Assembly (NCBI RefSeq): GCF_016432865.1
Contig: NC_067398.1
Span: 208,878,001-208,942,000, forward strand
Direction: 5' to 3'
Length of the DNA: 64,000 nt
From: Antechinus flavipes
Lineage: Eukaryota
Shown piece by piece: positions 51,286-63,599 of the stretch. Position 1 is the stretch's first letter. Each line of letters starts with the position of its first letter. A program made the translations under genes and the position numbers. The notes under the pieces are model-generated. The model saw only the letters and a program-made list of their open reading frames with translations. It was not told the DNA's origin and made no database searches.

Positions 51286-52889
51286 CTGCTTCTGTTTATG
51301 TTTTTCTCTAATATGAGTAATAGATTTTGTACCCACAAAGATACTCAATTTATAATGTAGACATCAGATATCAAATTATTTGTTTTTTCTGTCACACAAA
51401 ATACTTAAGATATAAAGGACTCAAAGGCACACATAAATACATGTAGAAATATAAATATCCAAATATACCCCTTATATTCATTGTGCTATCTCCAAAAGAT
51501 AAAACTCTTTGTGGGACTGAATAGATTTTTCTTTTCTTTTCTTTTTTTTTTCTGAATAGATTTTTCTATCCATCTTGAATCTGAGTTGTCCAGATGACTC
51601 ATAGCAATTCTCATAAAGAACTGGCAAAATGTAGATCTCTGGGTCAGTTGTGGTATAACTTTAGTTCTTCAGGTATGGGATCTCATTGTGGGTGGTTCTC
51701 TTTTCTGAGCAATGTATTGACAAGGAAACACTTTAGTGATCTCGTGCTCAATTTTAGAATTCAAGAACTCTCAAACATAAAGATTACTCATGATAGAATC
51801 TCCAGGGCTATGAGTATCCATTTCTCAGAATTTGTAATTGCTTATTTGTACTCCTAAAAAGAAACAGGAAGAAGAAATCAACCAGGAATTTAAGATTCAA
51901 GAATCTCTGTTAGTAGATATAGTTGATTTCATTGTTTAAATGCAGTTCAACAAATATTAAACATCTATTATGTGAGATTGCAGAGAGATACAAGGATAAA
52001 TCATACATGTTGTTGACCCTTAAGGAATATCCAAATATAAATGGAGGAATAAGACATTTACAGATGTACCATCATCTAATTGATTGCCATGGCTATAGGA
52101 AACATCACACTAAATGAAAAAATATTGCATGATGTTAAGTGAAGAAAACATTATAGGGACAATTGTATATATGGGAAATTGGCTGAATGATCTTGGAGAA
52201 GAATTTTAAAAGTTATTGGTGGTTTGGGGGTTATAAAGTATTAATTGTGTTATTGAATTAAGACAGTTGGTCAGAGCTAATTTTAAATGGGACATGTCTG
52301 TGCTGAAATGACTATGCTACAAAAAAGTGTGTATGTATATGAATATATAATACTTCTCCACACCTCAATACCCTGTCTATAGAAATCAACTGCTTATGTT
52401 TTAATTTTTGTTGTGTTTTTTTTCTTAAACTGACCAACATTTTCCTAGGGAGACTGCAGGAGATGAAATAGAGGAGTTATCTGGAAGTTTCTAGTACATG
52501 CTAGAGATGGGAGAAAATGATGGGGCTGGTGGAATTATAGATAAGGAAACTGAGGTTGGTGACCAAAAGCCAGGTCATAGGAATGACAGGAGCAAGCAAT
52601 GGGGATGTCTGAAGTGGAAGTTAAAATCAGGAGTCAGAATCAAACGTCACAAAGATGGCTGAGCCCAAAGCAGTAATAATATCTGAAGGAGAATTTGGGT
52701 CGAGATCAAGAGCATAATCAAGTCCATAGGACATAGGGGGAAGCAAAAATTTGATACTAGGGAAGCACCCGGTGTATGCTACCTGAAAAACAGTCCAATT
52801 TGCTGCATACCTGAGAACTATTAAGCCTGACCCCATGTGGCAGGGCTGGTCCATTTCTTCTCTCTGAAAGAGACAGGTGTGTGTGATGA

Positions 52890-53050
52890 AATTAGCTCAA
52901 TTTTAAATGTTCATTGTGAATGTTAACACTTTGGAAATCAGCAAAGTCTGCAATCAAAGATTTGATTTATTGTTTTCCTGACTGTGGACTTTAAAAAGTG
53001 ATGGAGAAATAATTAATTTAAAATAAAATTAATTAAATTTAAAGGTGTAT
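52890..53050 (+). mobile_element. MER63-like internal fragment
   Basis: 'ggaaatcagcaaa...gatttgatttattgttttc...aaaaagtgatggagaa' is homologous to 7750-7810 and 31630-31700. Confidence 0.65.
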
Positions 53051-53279
53051 TTACATAATTTCCCCATCCCAGAAAGTCAATTGTAAAACATTTACTGGGA
53101 CAGCTTTGGAAAGAGACAGTATTTTTGAAATTCTACCTAATGATGAATGTTGCACCATCTTCTCACAGTTGGGAAACACAATAGTCTCATTTACAGACAC
53201 TACTTTTTTCTCCTCCAGCTCCTCCACATTTTTCTTCTTTTCCCCCTCCTTTTTCCTTTTCTCTATCACCATCATCATT

Positions 53280-53700
53280 ACTCATTTATACAGCACTTAA
53301 AGGTTCACCAAAGCATTCTCTATGCATCCATTATCCCACTTGATCCTCAGAACCAGGTGGTCCTGGGAGGTAGGTGCTATTATTATCCCCATTCTAAAGA
53401 TGAGGAATCTGAAATATGTTAAGGGATGTGCCCAGGGTCACACAACTAGTAAGAGTCTGAGGCCAGATTTGAATGTAGCTCTTCCCAGATTCAAATCTAG
53501 CATTTTAAACCATGAGCCCATTTGAGGTTTTCTTGGCAGACCTACTGAAGGGATTTTCCATTTCCTTCTACAGCTCATTTTATAAATGAGGAAATCAAGG
53601 CTAACAGGATTAAGTGACTTGCCCAGTGACTTGCATGACTAGTAAGTGAGAGGACATTTGAACTCAGGTTTCCTGACTCAAGGCCCAGCAGCCCATATGC
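53280..53700 (-). mobile_element. MIR followed by a MAR1-like SINE
   Basis: Two consecutive reverse-complement COREs; MAR1 tail 'cccatttgaggttttcttggcaga' near 53520. Confidence 0.8.
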
Positions 53701-53791
53701 CCTTCATTCAATTCTTAATCAACTGCACTACTGAGTTGCTTCATTCTCAAATCAAACCTTATGAACAATGCAGCCTGGTGCTTTTGTTATA

Positions 53792-53793
<2 letters not shown>

Positions 53794-53841
<48 letters not shown>
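53794..53841. repeat. (TG)24 microsatellite
   Basis: Perfect dinucleotide run. Confidence 0.98.
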
Positions 53842-53843
<2 letters not shown>

Positions 53844-53989
53844 TTTTCAGCAAAACCAAAAAGCAACAACAACAAAAAAGACTGATTTTGTAGCGTAGCA
53901 CTTTTTTTTTTAGAGGCTAATAAGAACTGCTCATCATTATCTCCAAGATCATATTGGAAATCCATTATAAACAAAGCAAATAGATAAGT

Positions 53990-54460
53990 GGGGAAGGAGA
54001 GGAAATCACTCGGGCACCACAGCAAACAATGTGAATAGTGTGACTAGACTGAAGGAATTATAGGGCTCCCAATCTTGTGCATCAAATGGTAGGTAATGAC
54101 AGGCTGAACTCCTGAATGAATAAGTCTCAATAGAGCTCCCGATTAGCATATGCCAATTTAGCTGAGGTCTTAATGCAGGCAGAGAGGCTCCTAAAGAGAG
54201 AATCATAAGCATCATCTTTTGAAGAGATAAGTTTTATTTTTTTCCCAGGCCACTGCAAATATGAGCTTAATAATCCTTTCAGTGGGTACCATGTTATCAT
54301 AAAATAATCTAAATCCTCCTAAATGGTATTTAAAATGATTTCCAGACACTGGCAGACTCCACTGAATGACAATCTGGCCGTTAATGCATCTATTATACAG
54401 CATGTGAGAAGGCATAATAATACTGCTGTATAGCCAGGATCAGAATCATTCTAAGCTTGA
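53990..54460. promoter_or_regulatory. Candidate conserved enhancer (motif-dense, no repeat recognised)
   Basis: AACAATG (54025), TAATGACAG (54094), ATTAGCAT (54142), TGCCAAT (54151); several retained CpGs. Confidence 0.3.
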
Positions 54461-56749
54461 TTTTTCATTTTATTCTTTCCTCCCTCCTTGGGCTCCCCTC
54501 CAGCCATCTAGGTCTTGGTCTTTCTTCCTCTTCCTTTTTCATTGATCTTTACCTTCTACTAGCCTTCTTTCTGGCCTCTTGTCTGTGGTCTTTCTCTGCT
54601 GGGTGGGGAACAGAGAATCTCTCACTGAGCCCCATCTTTTCATCTCTGTTTGAGCATTGTGTCTGGCAGGGTATACGGCACAAGCTGCCCAGAAATGCAA
54701 GCCAGAGATGCCGTCAGATTTTATTGATGGTTAGAAAAAGAAATGGTTGGGCGGGAAGAGAGGGGGAGGGGGGAAGAGACTTGAGGATTTTCAATCACAG
54801 TTTTATTCATTAGTGGCTTTTCTCTAACAGTTCAAGCTGGCCTCTGAAGGCAAGAAGGTGAAAGGAACAAAAAGATGCAGGGATCATATGCTATACCTCA
54901 ACACTGATATCAAAGTTTTGAAAGCTTAGAATTCATGTTCTCATAATGTACAGACAGGGGAGACCAACAGGAGACATATTTAATGTCCAGACCAACTTTA
55001 CTAAATCACTGAAATAGCTAACCTCTTCCTCAGAAAATAAAGTAGTTCCATATACATAATAATTCTCACATTTTGTATTGAAACAGTTAATCATGCATAT
55101 GGGGGAATGACAAAATTCTGATCCTATATGGCTTTGGCTCCTGGCAAAGGCAACGTGACATAGTGAGAACCAGTCTCAAAGTCAGAAATACCTGAGGTCA
55201 AATCCTGATTCTGACACATTAAACTTTGGGTGAGATAAAATCCCCAGGTGGTTCATTCTAAGGAAAAATGAACTAGTTGCTGCCTATATTTTCATTTATA
55301 TTGAAGAGAATTTTAAATTGGGTTTTAGAAGCAGCCTTCCCTCTAACATGAATCCCTGGAGGAAATGGGTACACAGAGATACTACAGTCCCTCTTCTAGA
55401 TTTTATCAAGACATTTTTAAAAAATGAGTGAAGAGGGAGGAAAGAGGGCTGGAAACAGAAGGAAATTTACATCTCACATTGCTGACAGGCAGCCAGCTGG
55501 TGGTGATACCCATGAGCATCTATGCTGAGAGAAAACTACAGTGGTTCACAGGAGGAGGGTGATGGGTTCACGAGCTGCAATAGTACTGGCAAAGCTGTGA
55601 CAAGAATTGAGTATCTGCAAAACAGCAAAAATGCTTCCTTAGGGACTGCGAAAACCAGGCAGTGAATAAATTGAGATCAGATGGAGGTGTTGCGAGTTCC
55701 CTGACTCCCCTTCCCCCAGTATATCCTCTCCTTCCTCTCCCGGGGGGAGGAAGTACCCATAAAAAGAAGGCTTCAACATCTGGGTCTCTTGTGCAAGCTG
55801 AGAAGCCGACATCCTCAAATACAACATTGGGTTAATAAACTGCAGGTCACATAAGCCACACTAGCCGACATAGCCAGAGTTTTCTGTTTGAGGTAAAAGT
55901 TTTGCCCCCTGTGTTACTGGGAGGTTGTCAATCAATGTTAGATATCCAAAAAAGAAAATCAGAGTAGACTAGAACAGAGGCTCAGGGTACAATATTCTGT
56001 GGACAAATTGACTTGGTTCAGAATTAACAAAGCAGCATGAGGTTCACTGAAACTTCAAACCAGGATTTTTAAAGCAAAAATATTTTTCAGGTCATAGTGA
56101 GAATTCCCTCAAAAGGTAATGAGACCTGGGACTAAATCCAGTAATAAATGTTGGGACTGAGGGATGAAAAAAATCATAATGTAATCCATCTGTGAAGGAT
56201 AGTTTCCCTTAAACAAGGAGAATATTAATCAGAATTAACTTTCTAGTTAATTCATCTGAATTTTAAATTATTAAAGAGAAGCAAAATATTCCCTTCTCTT
56301 CTCCCCCATGCAATATGTGAAGAATTTAAACATTTCAGACTAGTTAAGAATACATTTAGCAGGAGTATGTTTAGTGGACATCTGGCTGTTTTTTTGGTTT
56401 CATTTTGATTTTTAATATAATTTCTCACTGGGAATCTGTGGTTCCTAGAACCTGTTTTAATCTATCATTTATACAAAAGTATTATTCATTTCCCCAAATT
56501 TCCTCTGAATCTCTCCTTGAGTATTCCCTTAAGCAGTGACAGAAGGCAAAAAGACATCTAAAAAAGGCCACAGTGGATGCCACCTTGAAGGTGTCTTCTG
56601 AGAGCTGTGTTCATGCAAAGCCTCCACTATTATGTAATACATGATCCTCTTTCTCAGACTGTGCGATCCAAAACATAGTGGCACAAAGTCATGAGAGAAA
56701 TGCAAAATTAATTTTGTTCTCTTAATGATAAAGATGCTAAAATGCAGAA

Positions 56750-56870
56750 ATGGTAAATGTTGGAAGAACTGGGAACTCAGGCTTACCAGATGCTATTACT
56801 GGAGTTGTGGATCGATCCAACTGTTATGGAAAACAATTTGAAATTATTCAAATCTTTGAAATGGAAGTAA
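56750..56870 (+). mobile_element. Decayed L1 ORF2 C-terminal fragment
   Basis: 'aatgttggaag...ggagttgtggatcgatccaactgttatggaaaacaatttgaaattat' resembles the reverse complement of 14820-14930. Confidence 0.55.
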
Positions 56871-58705
56871 TCAAAAGAACTCCCTCTTATCCCCCTTTAT
56901 TGTACTGGGCACTTCCCATTTGCCTTGTCCCCTTCTAGTGGCTATATTATAGAGCAACTTCTGATATGTTTCTTGTCCTCTTGCCGAATCACAAATATGA
57001 CTAGTGGGTCCTTGTTGAGCCCTTGGTTCTTGTAATATGAAGGGGTATAGAATAGCAGAGTATGGAGATGGAAATGTGCCAAAGAGGGTTGTTCTCTGAG
57101 TAAGAAAAAGTAGGATGATATTTCTGCTATCATTCTTTCTCTTTCCATGAGCTGAGAGGATCTGGACCTTTTGAGTTTGGTCTCAGATTTTCAGCAAATG
57201 GAGCTGGGAATATCATTGTCCTTTCTCTCCTGGCAGCTGTAAGGGACTGTTCAGACAAGTCACCAAGTTCATATATTTGCCTAGATGCTCCTGAATCTTA
57301 AATCTCTAAGGGCTTCTCTCTCTATCTATTTCCATGAGGGGACTGAACAACTATCTTGAGATGGGTATTTGTAGATGGTGGTAGCCTCATGAATTTAAGA
57401 GGTCAGAAACTCTTTGTATCTGGTTTTCTCATTGCTCAGTTGAAATTGGTTTCTGCCAGAACTTCTCAGAAATTAAGATGACCACTATCTACCTCCAGGA
57501 TGAATCAAAGTCAAGTTCTTTTACAACTCAGAAGAAATGTACCTTTGGGATTGCTCTGAGCTGAGATGGAAGTAAAACGTCTGCTCAGCAGTCCTATGAA
57601 ATGTATGATCTTTTAAAAAAATTAGGCATTAGCCTGGGACAATACAATACAGTTATGCATTATTGTTTAATGTTTTAAGCATTTGTTAATGTCTATGTAG
57701 GAATTTTCTGTAATTTGCATATTTCTTTTGTAGTAAAGGAAATAAGTAGCTGTTATAGTTGGTCTCTTTTATATACATGAAAGATCTTTATCATATTTCT
57801 TTCCGAACTTTTGTTTAATAAACCTTTAATAAACACTTTCAATCCAGAATCAAGTCCCTTCATAGAAGAAGGTACCCTCTCTTCTGTCCTTCCCCTCATC
57901 ATACCAAACCATAGGTGTTACACCTTGATACTCTTTGACCCAAAAAATGCAGGCCTGAGAACCCAAGGTACTTGAAGACACATCTTGGGCCTTTTCCAAA
58001 AAGGAGTGAAAATAAAATGAAGATTTTCAATGAACAATATAAATCAGTTAGACTATCTGATAAAAATATCATAAATATCAAAATAATATATTATAAAAAT
58101 AGTAAAAGAATGCTAAACAAAAGACTCTCAGAACACATTTTATGTGACAAACAGAATTCAACAACTTCTGTTACTAATTTCCTAATTACAGTCTTCTACT
58201 CTCTACTCTCCATCAGTAACTCTGCTTGGTTTGGACTCCATGGAATAGTCCTTAGTGATTCCTACCCCCACCTTTCCAACTTTCCTTTGTGTACTGTCTT
58301 CTGCTACTAGATTGTAATTTCCTTAAGGGCAGGGACTATCTTTTTTTTTTTTTTTTAATTTGTATACCTAGTGCTTAGCATAATACCTAGCACATAGTAG
58401 GGACTTGTTGTTTGTTGTGTCTAATGGGTATCTGAGGCAGAATTTGAACATAGGTCTCATCCTAGTGAGTACTTCCATAAAGAGGTGGACTCAAAAGATT
58501 CCGGCTCTGCTTCTATTCATGAGACTGTGGATAAAATCCACTTTACCTCTCTCAGTTCCAGTTTCCCAATATGTAAAATGGGGATAATGATAGACTAATT
58601 ATACTACTAGACTATTGTGAGGAAAATATTTTGTAAAAACTTAGTCCTTTTCAGAAGAGAAGATTTAAAGACTTTATTTGATTCTCAGGTATCTATCAAT
58701 CCAGA

Positions 58706-58706
<1 letters not shown>

Positions 58707-58739
<33 letters not shown>

Positions 58740-58755
58740 ATATATATATATATAT
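58707..58755. repeat. Interrupted (AT)n microsatellite
   Basis: Read directly from the sequence. Confidence 0.95.
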
Positions 58756-58824
58756 TGATTGCTCTGTTTATGCAAGAGATTATTGATAATTGGAAAAGTC
58801 ATAGCACAAACAAATAGAATTCAG

Positions 58825-58975
58825 TAACTTTATTTTTTAATTTTCATAACTTTTTATTTTCAAAATATATGAACAGATAATTTGTCAACACTGACCCTTG
58901 CATATCCTTCTGTTTCAGATTTTCTCCCTTTTCCCCCCAACACTCCCCTAGATGGCAAGCAATCCAATACATGTA
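58825..58975 (-). mobile_element. L1 extreme 3' end fragment
   Basis: Matches 14070-14190 and 35915-36040 in this window. Confidence 0.85.
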
Positions 58976-59964
58976 TAATTTTATTAATAAATACTTTTTC
59001 ATTTCTTTACCAACAAACTTTTTGTCAAGAACAAGAACAGCTACTTTATGTTAGGGGATAGAGACTGGACATGCGATATCACTGATTATAGAGAACTCCA
59101 GCTTGGGAAATCTGCCTCTACAAATTCAGGTCAGTATTTCTTTGCTTCAAACGTTAAGATGTGAAATCATTTGTCTAAGGGTCATGTGATCATTGGACTT
59201 AAACCTAGGATTTCCTGGTTCTAAGGCCAACTTTCTAACCACTATGTCAAGGCTTCATCTCAATTACAAATTTGATTTACCACTTCTTTCCATTATCCAC
59301 CTTAGCTTCTGTTAGTAACCAATAACTAAAGGGAAGTGAAAGGAAAGTAAGACTAAAGAAGAAGTGAAAGTATCACTCACAGAATATTAGAGAATTAGTT
59401 GGATCTTCCTTTAAGGGTCTCTATTTGTGTTGGCAGGGATACAACAAATTAATTTCTTTTCTGGATGGGATCAGGACTGTATTGGGTCAACATGAGCAAA
59501 TTAAGCCAAAAGCCATAAAACTAAGTATAATTCCTAGGGCACCAGGTCACTGATGTTCTGTCAACTCCCTGGTAAATAGTTGTTTTCTGAAGTTAATCTG
59601 ACCTTCAAAGAAATGGTCCCAGTTCATATCCACATTTGCTGTAGGGAATGACCTTCAGGCACACATCTGTAGAGATACCTTTCTGCAGGTGTGGGTACAA
59701 TAGAAGGATGACACATGATGCCAAAATCATTTGTCACAGTCAACTGCACAGATTCAGAAAGTCAGATGGGGTTTTAATTAACTTCCCCTTGAGGCAAACT
59801 TTATGGGAAGATTATAGATCATTGATTAAAGCTGAAAGGGGAACTCCCATCAAGTCCAAATACCTTATTTTACAGATGAAGAAACTGAGACCAAGAGAGT
59901 GACTCCCTAAAGGTCACACAGCTGGCAAGTATTTTGGGCTATATACTTGCCCAATATACTTGGG

Positions 59965-60250
59965 CAATAATAGCTAACGTATATATATAATTTTTACTCT
60001 ATGCCAGTCATTGTGCTAAGCTCTTTACAATTGTTATTTCATTTTATCCTCACAACAACCCTGAGCAATAGTTGTTGCTATTATCCCCCATTCTATAGTT
60101 GAGGAAAATGAGGCAGATAAAAAGTCATTTGCCCAGGGTCACACAGCTAGTATGTTTTGGAGGCCACATTCAAACTCAGTTTTTCCTGACTCCCCTGATT
60201 CCCCTGACTTCTAGAGCCCAAGACTTGAGCGACTGAACCACCTAATATCA
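59965..60250 (-). mobile_element. Near full-length MIR/MAR1-type SINE
   Basis: 'aataatagctaac...gtgctaagctctttacaa...cctcacaacaaccctg...gcccagggtcacacagctag'. Confidence 0.85.
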
Positions 60251-60513
60251 TTATACCTTTTTATAAAAGTTAAAATGAATTGTGGAATAGTGAGAGCCAG
60301 ATGGTATAATGAAGAATATTAAGAGTTGGTATCAAGAGAGAACTTGATTCAAATCTTATTATTGACCTTTATCATCTATATGACTACAGGGAAATCACGC
60401 CACATGCCTGAACTCCAGTTTTCTCATTTGGAAAGCAAGAATAAAGGAAAAAAACTTGGATTATCTGCCTCATAGAATTATGAGAGTAGCACTTTACAAA
60501 TCTTAAAGAACTA

Positions 60514-60679
60514 NNNNNNNNNNNNNNNNNNNNNNNNNNNNNNNNNNNNNNNNNNNNNNNNNNNNNNNNNNNNNNNNNNNNNNNNNNNNNNNNNNNNNNN
60601 NNNNNNNNNNNNNNNNNNNNNNNNNNNNNNNNNNNNNNNNNNNNNNNNNNNNNNNNNNNNNNNNNNNNNNNNNNNNNNN
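60514..60679. other. Assembly gap (166 N)
   Basis: Run of N. Confidence 1.
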
Positions 60680-60743
60680 TTTGCTTGCCTGTCCTTTATC
60701 TAACTACTTAAATATTTACCAATCTTTCTTTCTATATCTTCAT

Positions 60744-60946
60744 TGTTGTTGTACTTCAGTTGTGCCTGATTCTTTGTGACCCTGTTTGAATTTTCTTGGC
60801 AGAGATTCTGGAGTAGTTTGCCATTTCCTTCTCCAGCTTATTTTATAGATAAGGAAACTGAAATACACAGGAAAGTGTCTGAAGCTGGATTTGAATTCAT
60901 AAAGATGAGTCTTCCTGACTATATGTCCAGCATATATCCACTGTGC
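60744..60946 (-). mobile_element. MAR1-like SINE
   Basis: 'ttttcttggcagagattctggagtagtttgccatttccttctccagc...aagatgagtcttcctgac'. Confidence 0.85.
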
Positions 60947-61935
60947 AATAGTAATGGTAATTATTATCAGTAGTCATAGTATTAGTAATAGTATCAACAG
61001 CAGTGGCAATACTAGTAATAGTAGGAGTCTCAGCAGCAGGAATAAAAGTAAATAGCAATATCAGACGCAGTAATATCAGAAACAGCAGCAATGATATAAT
61101 AATAGCATATTTATGAGCAGCAATAGTCATAATATTAGTAATAGTATCATCATCATCAGTAATTCAGAATCAATGGCAATAATAGTAATAATAACAGTAG
61201 TATAAGCAGCAATAATAGTAATAGCAGCAGTAGTCATAGTATTAGTAATAGTATCATCATCATCAGTAATTCAGAATCAACAGCAATAGTAGTAATAGCA
61301 GCAATAGTCCTAATGTTAGTAGTAGTATCATCAATACATCAGCATTAGTAATAATAGTACTAGTAGTAGTAGTATCAGCAACAGCAGTAGTAATTCTAAT
61401 AGTGATAGTAGTAGTAGTAGCATCAGCAGCAGGAATAAAAGTAAATGTAATAGCAGCAGCAGTAATATCAGAACCAGCAGCAATATTAGTAACAGCAGCA
61501 GTAGTATAAGCAGCAATAATAGTAATAGCTAGCAATAGTCATAGTATTAATAATAGTATCATCATCAGTAATTCAGAATCAATAGCAATAATAGTAATAG
61601 CATCAATAGTCCTAATGTTAGTAGTAGTATCATCAATGTATCAGTATCATTAGCAGCATCAGTAATAATAATAGTAGTATCAGCAAGAGCAATAGTAATA
61701 CTAATAGTGATAGTAGTAGTAGTATCATCAATAGTAAAAGTAATAGCAGTAGTAGTCATAGTATTGGTAATGACATCAGTAGCAGCAGTAATATCAGAAT
61801 CAGCAGCAGTAACAGTAATAGGAGTAATAGTCCTAATAGTTGTAGTAGTGGTATCATCAGCATTAGTAATAGTACTAATAGTAGTACTAGTGGTATCAGA
61901 AACAGCTGCAGTAATAGTATCAGCAGTATCAGTAT
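60947..61935. repeat. Complex AGT/AAT/AGC/ATC trinucleotide minisatellite with higher-order duplications
   Basis: Repeated blocks such as AGTAATTCAGAATCAA at 61158/61265/61567 and CAGCAGCAGGAATAAAAGTAAAT at 61031/61424. Confidence 0.95.
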
Positions 61936-62019
61936 CTACATTTCTTCTTCTCCCATCTTGTTTGAATGCTTGCCTCGTATGAGCTTTCTAAAATAATCTT
62001 TCAGACTAAAGAATTTTTG

Positions 62020-62270
62020 GCTTTTGAAAAATGTGGCCACTCTATCCAAGTTGCTTGGCAATTTCGATTGGGAAAGGAAAGTTCAGTACTTTATCTTGCC
62101 ATTTCCCTCTTCAGCTCATTTTTTCAGATGAGGAAACTGAGACAAACAGCATTAAGGGACAATCTCACAGTCACACAGCTAATAAGTTACTGAGGTCTGA
62201 TTTGAACTCAGGAGATGAGTCTTCCTGACTCCAGGTCTGGCATTCTACTCATCACACTATCCTTATTGCC
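62020..62270 (-). mobile_element. MAR1-like SINE
   Basis: 'tttgccatttccctcttcagctcatttttcagatgaggaaactgag...gatgagtcttcctgactccagg'. Confidence 0.85.
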
Positions 62271-62639
62271 CCTTTGTAAGTTGGCCCTTTCAAAAATCCC
62301 AGAGGAATGATTTAGAATAATAGAATATGAATTGGAAGGGAAAATCATCAGAAATTATGTACTTTCATAGATTTTGAGTTGTACAGATCCTTTGAAATGA
62401 CCTATTCCATCTAGTTTTACAAAAGAAAAAAACAAAAGCCTAGAGAGTTTAAATAATTTGTACTAGATCATTTAGGTATTAATTAATCAATCGAGATTTG
62501 AACCCAGCTCCTCTGACCCTAGATTCAGTCTTTTTCCCATTGTACATTACTACAAGAAAAATCTCTACAGTATTCCTGAAAAGTAGTCATCTAGCTCATG
62601 CTTCTACATGATCAGGCTTGGGGAATTCATTAATTTATA

Positions 62640-63420
62640 ATGTATTCCATTTCTTTTGAATTTCCAAAAATTGTATTCTAATTCTAATGTAGAATTAAGT
62701 GGGATTGGGGAAAGCTTTCTATAGAAAACAGGATTCCAATTGGGACTTGGAAGAAGTCAGGGAGGTTAGTAATCCAAGTGAAGGGAGAAAATCATTTCAG
62801 ACATAAGACAGGTGGAAAAAATACCTGGAGAGGAGAGGTGTATTGTTTTGTTGGCTCAGAGGTCAGTGTCACTGATGGAAGCGGGACTAAGGTATAAGAA
62901 GCCTGGAAATATAGGAGGAGGCTAGATTATGAAGGGCTTTGAATGCCAAATAAAGTAGTAAAAAATTTAATTATAGACAATAGGTACCCAATAGAGTCTA
63001 TGTAGGATATGGAAGAGAAAGATGTGACATGATATGATCAGACTTTGCTTTAGGGAAGTCACTGCAGTAGCTGAACAGAGAATTGATTAGAGTAGGGAGA
63101 GATTTGGGAGCTATTGCAACAATCCAACCCTGAGGTTTTGAAAGTCTGCACCATATTGGAAGCAGTGTCAGAGGAGAGAACAGGGCAATTGAGAGATGCT
63201 GCAAAGGTGGAATTGACAGACCTTGACAACAAAATGATATTTGGTGGGAGTGGTGAGGGCAGTGTAAGAGACAGTGAAAAGTCCAGGATGACCCTAGATT
63301 GTAAATTTGATGTACTGTCAATGCTGCAGTGATAAAGTCAGAATTGGGGAAGGATTGGAGGAAAATTAGTGAGTTCTGTTTTGAGCATAATGAGTTTAAA
63401 AATGTCTATTTAACATTGAG
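62640..63420 (-). mobile_element. L2 3' portion
   Basis: 'gattatgaagggctttgaatgccaa...gatcagactttgctttaggg...gagatgctgcaaaggtggaattgacagaccttg' is the reverse-complement homologue of 27960-28380. Confidence 0.8.
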
Positions 63421-63599
63421 TTAGGTCTATAGAGAGATATTAATTACATTTATTTCATGGGTTATTGTGAAGATTAAACAAATTACCATATATAAGTTGC
63501 TTTGCAAATCTTAAAACACTCCATAAGAACTAATTAGTATTATTAACTTTTATTTTACAATTATATATTTGTTTAAAAAATAAATTCAATTTACAGTTT

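Noticed and set aside
52627-52854. 75-aa minus ORF with acceptor-like 'gtttttcag' and three CpGs
   Set aside because: No recognisable domain or donor, and the length is within the random range.
53646-54025. ORFs with CVCV/HTHT runs
   Set aside because: Translation of the (TG)24 microsatellite.
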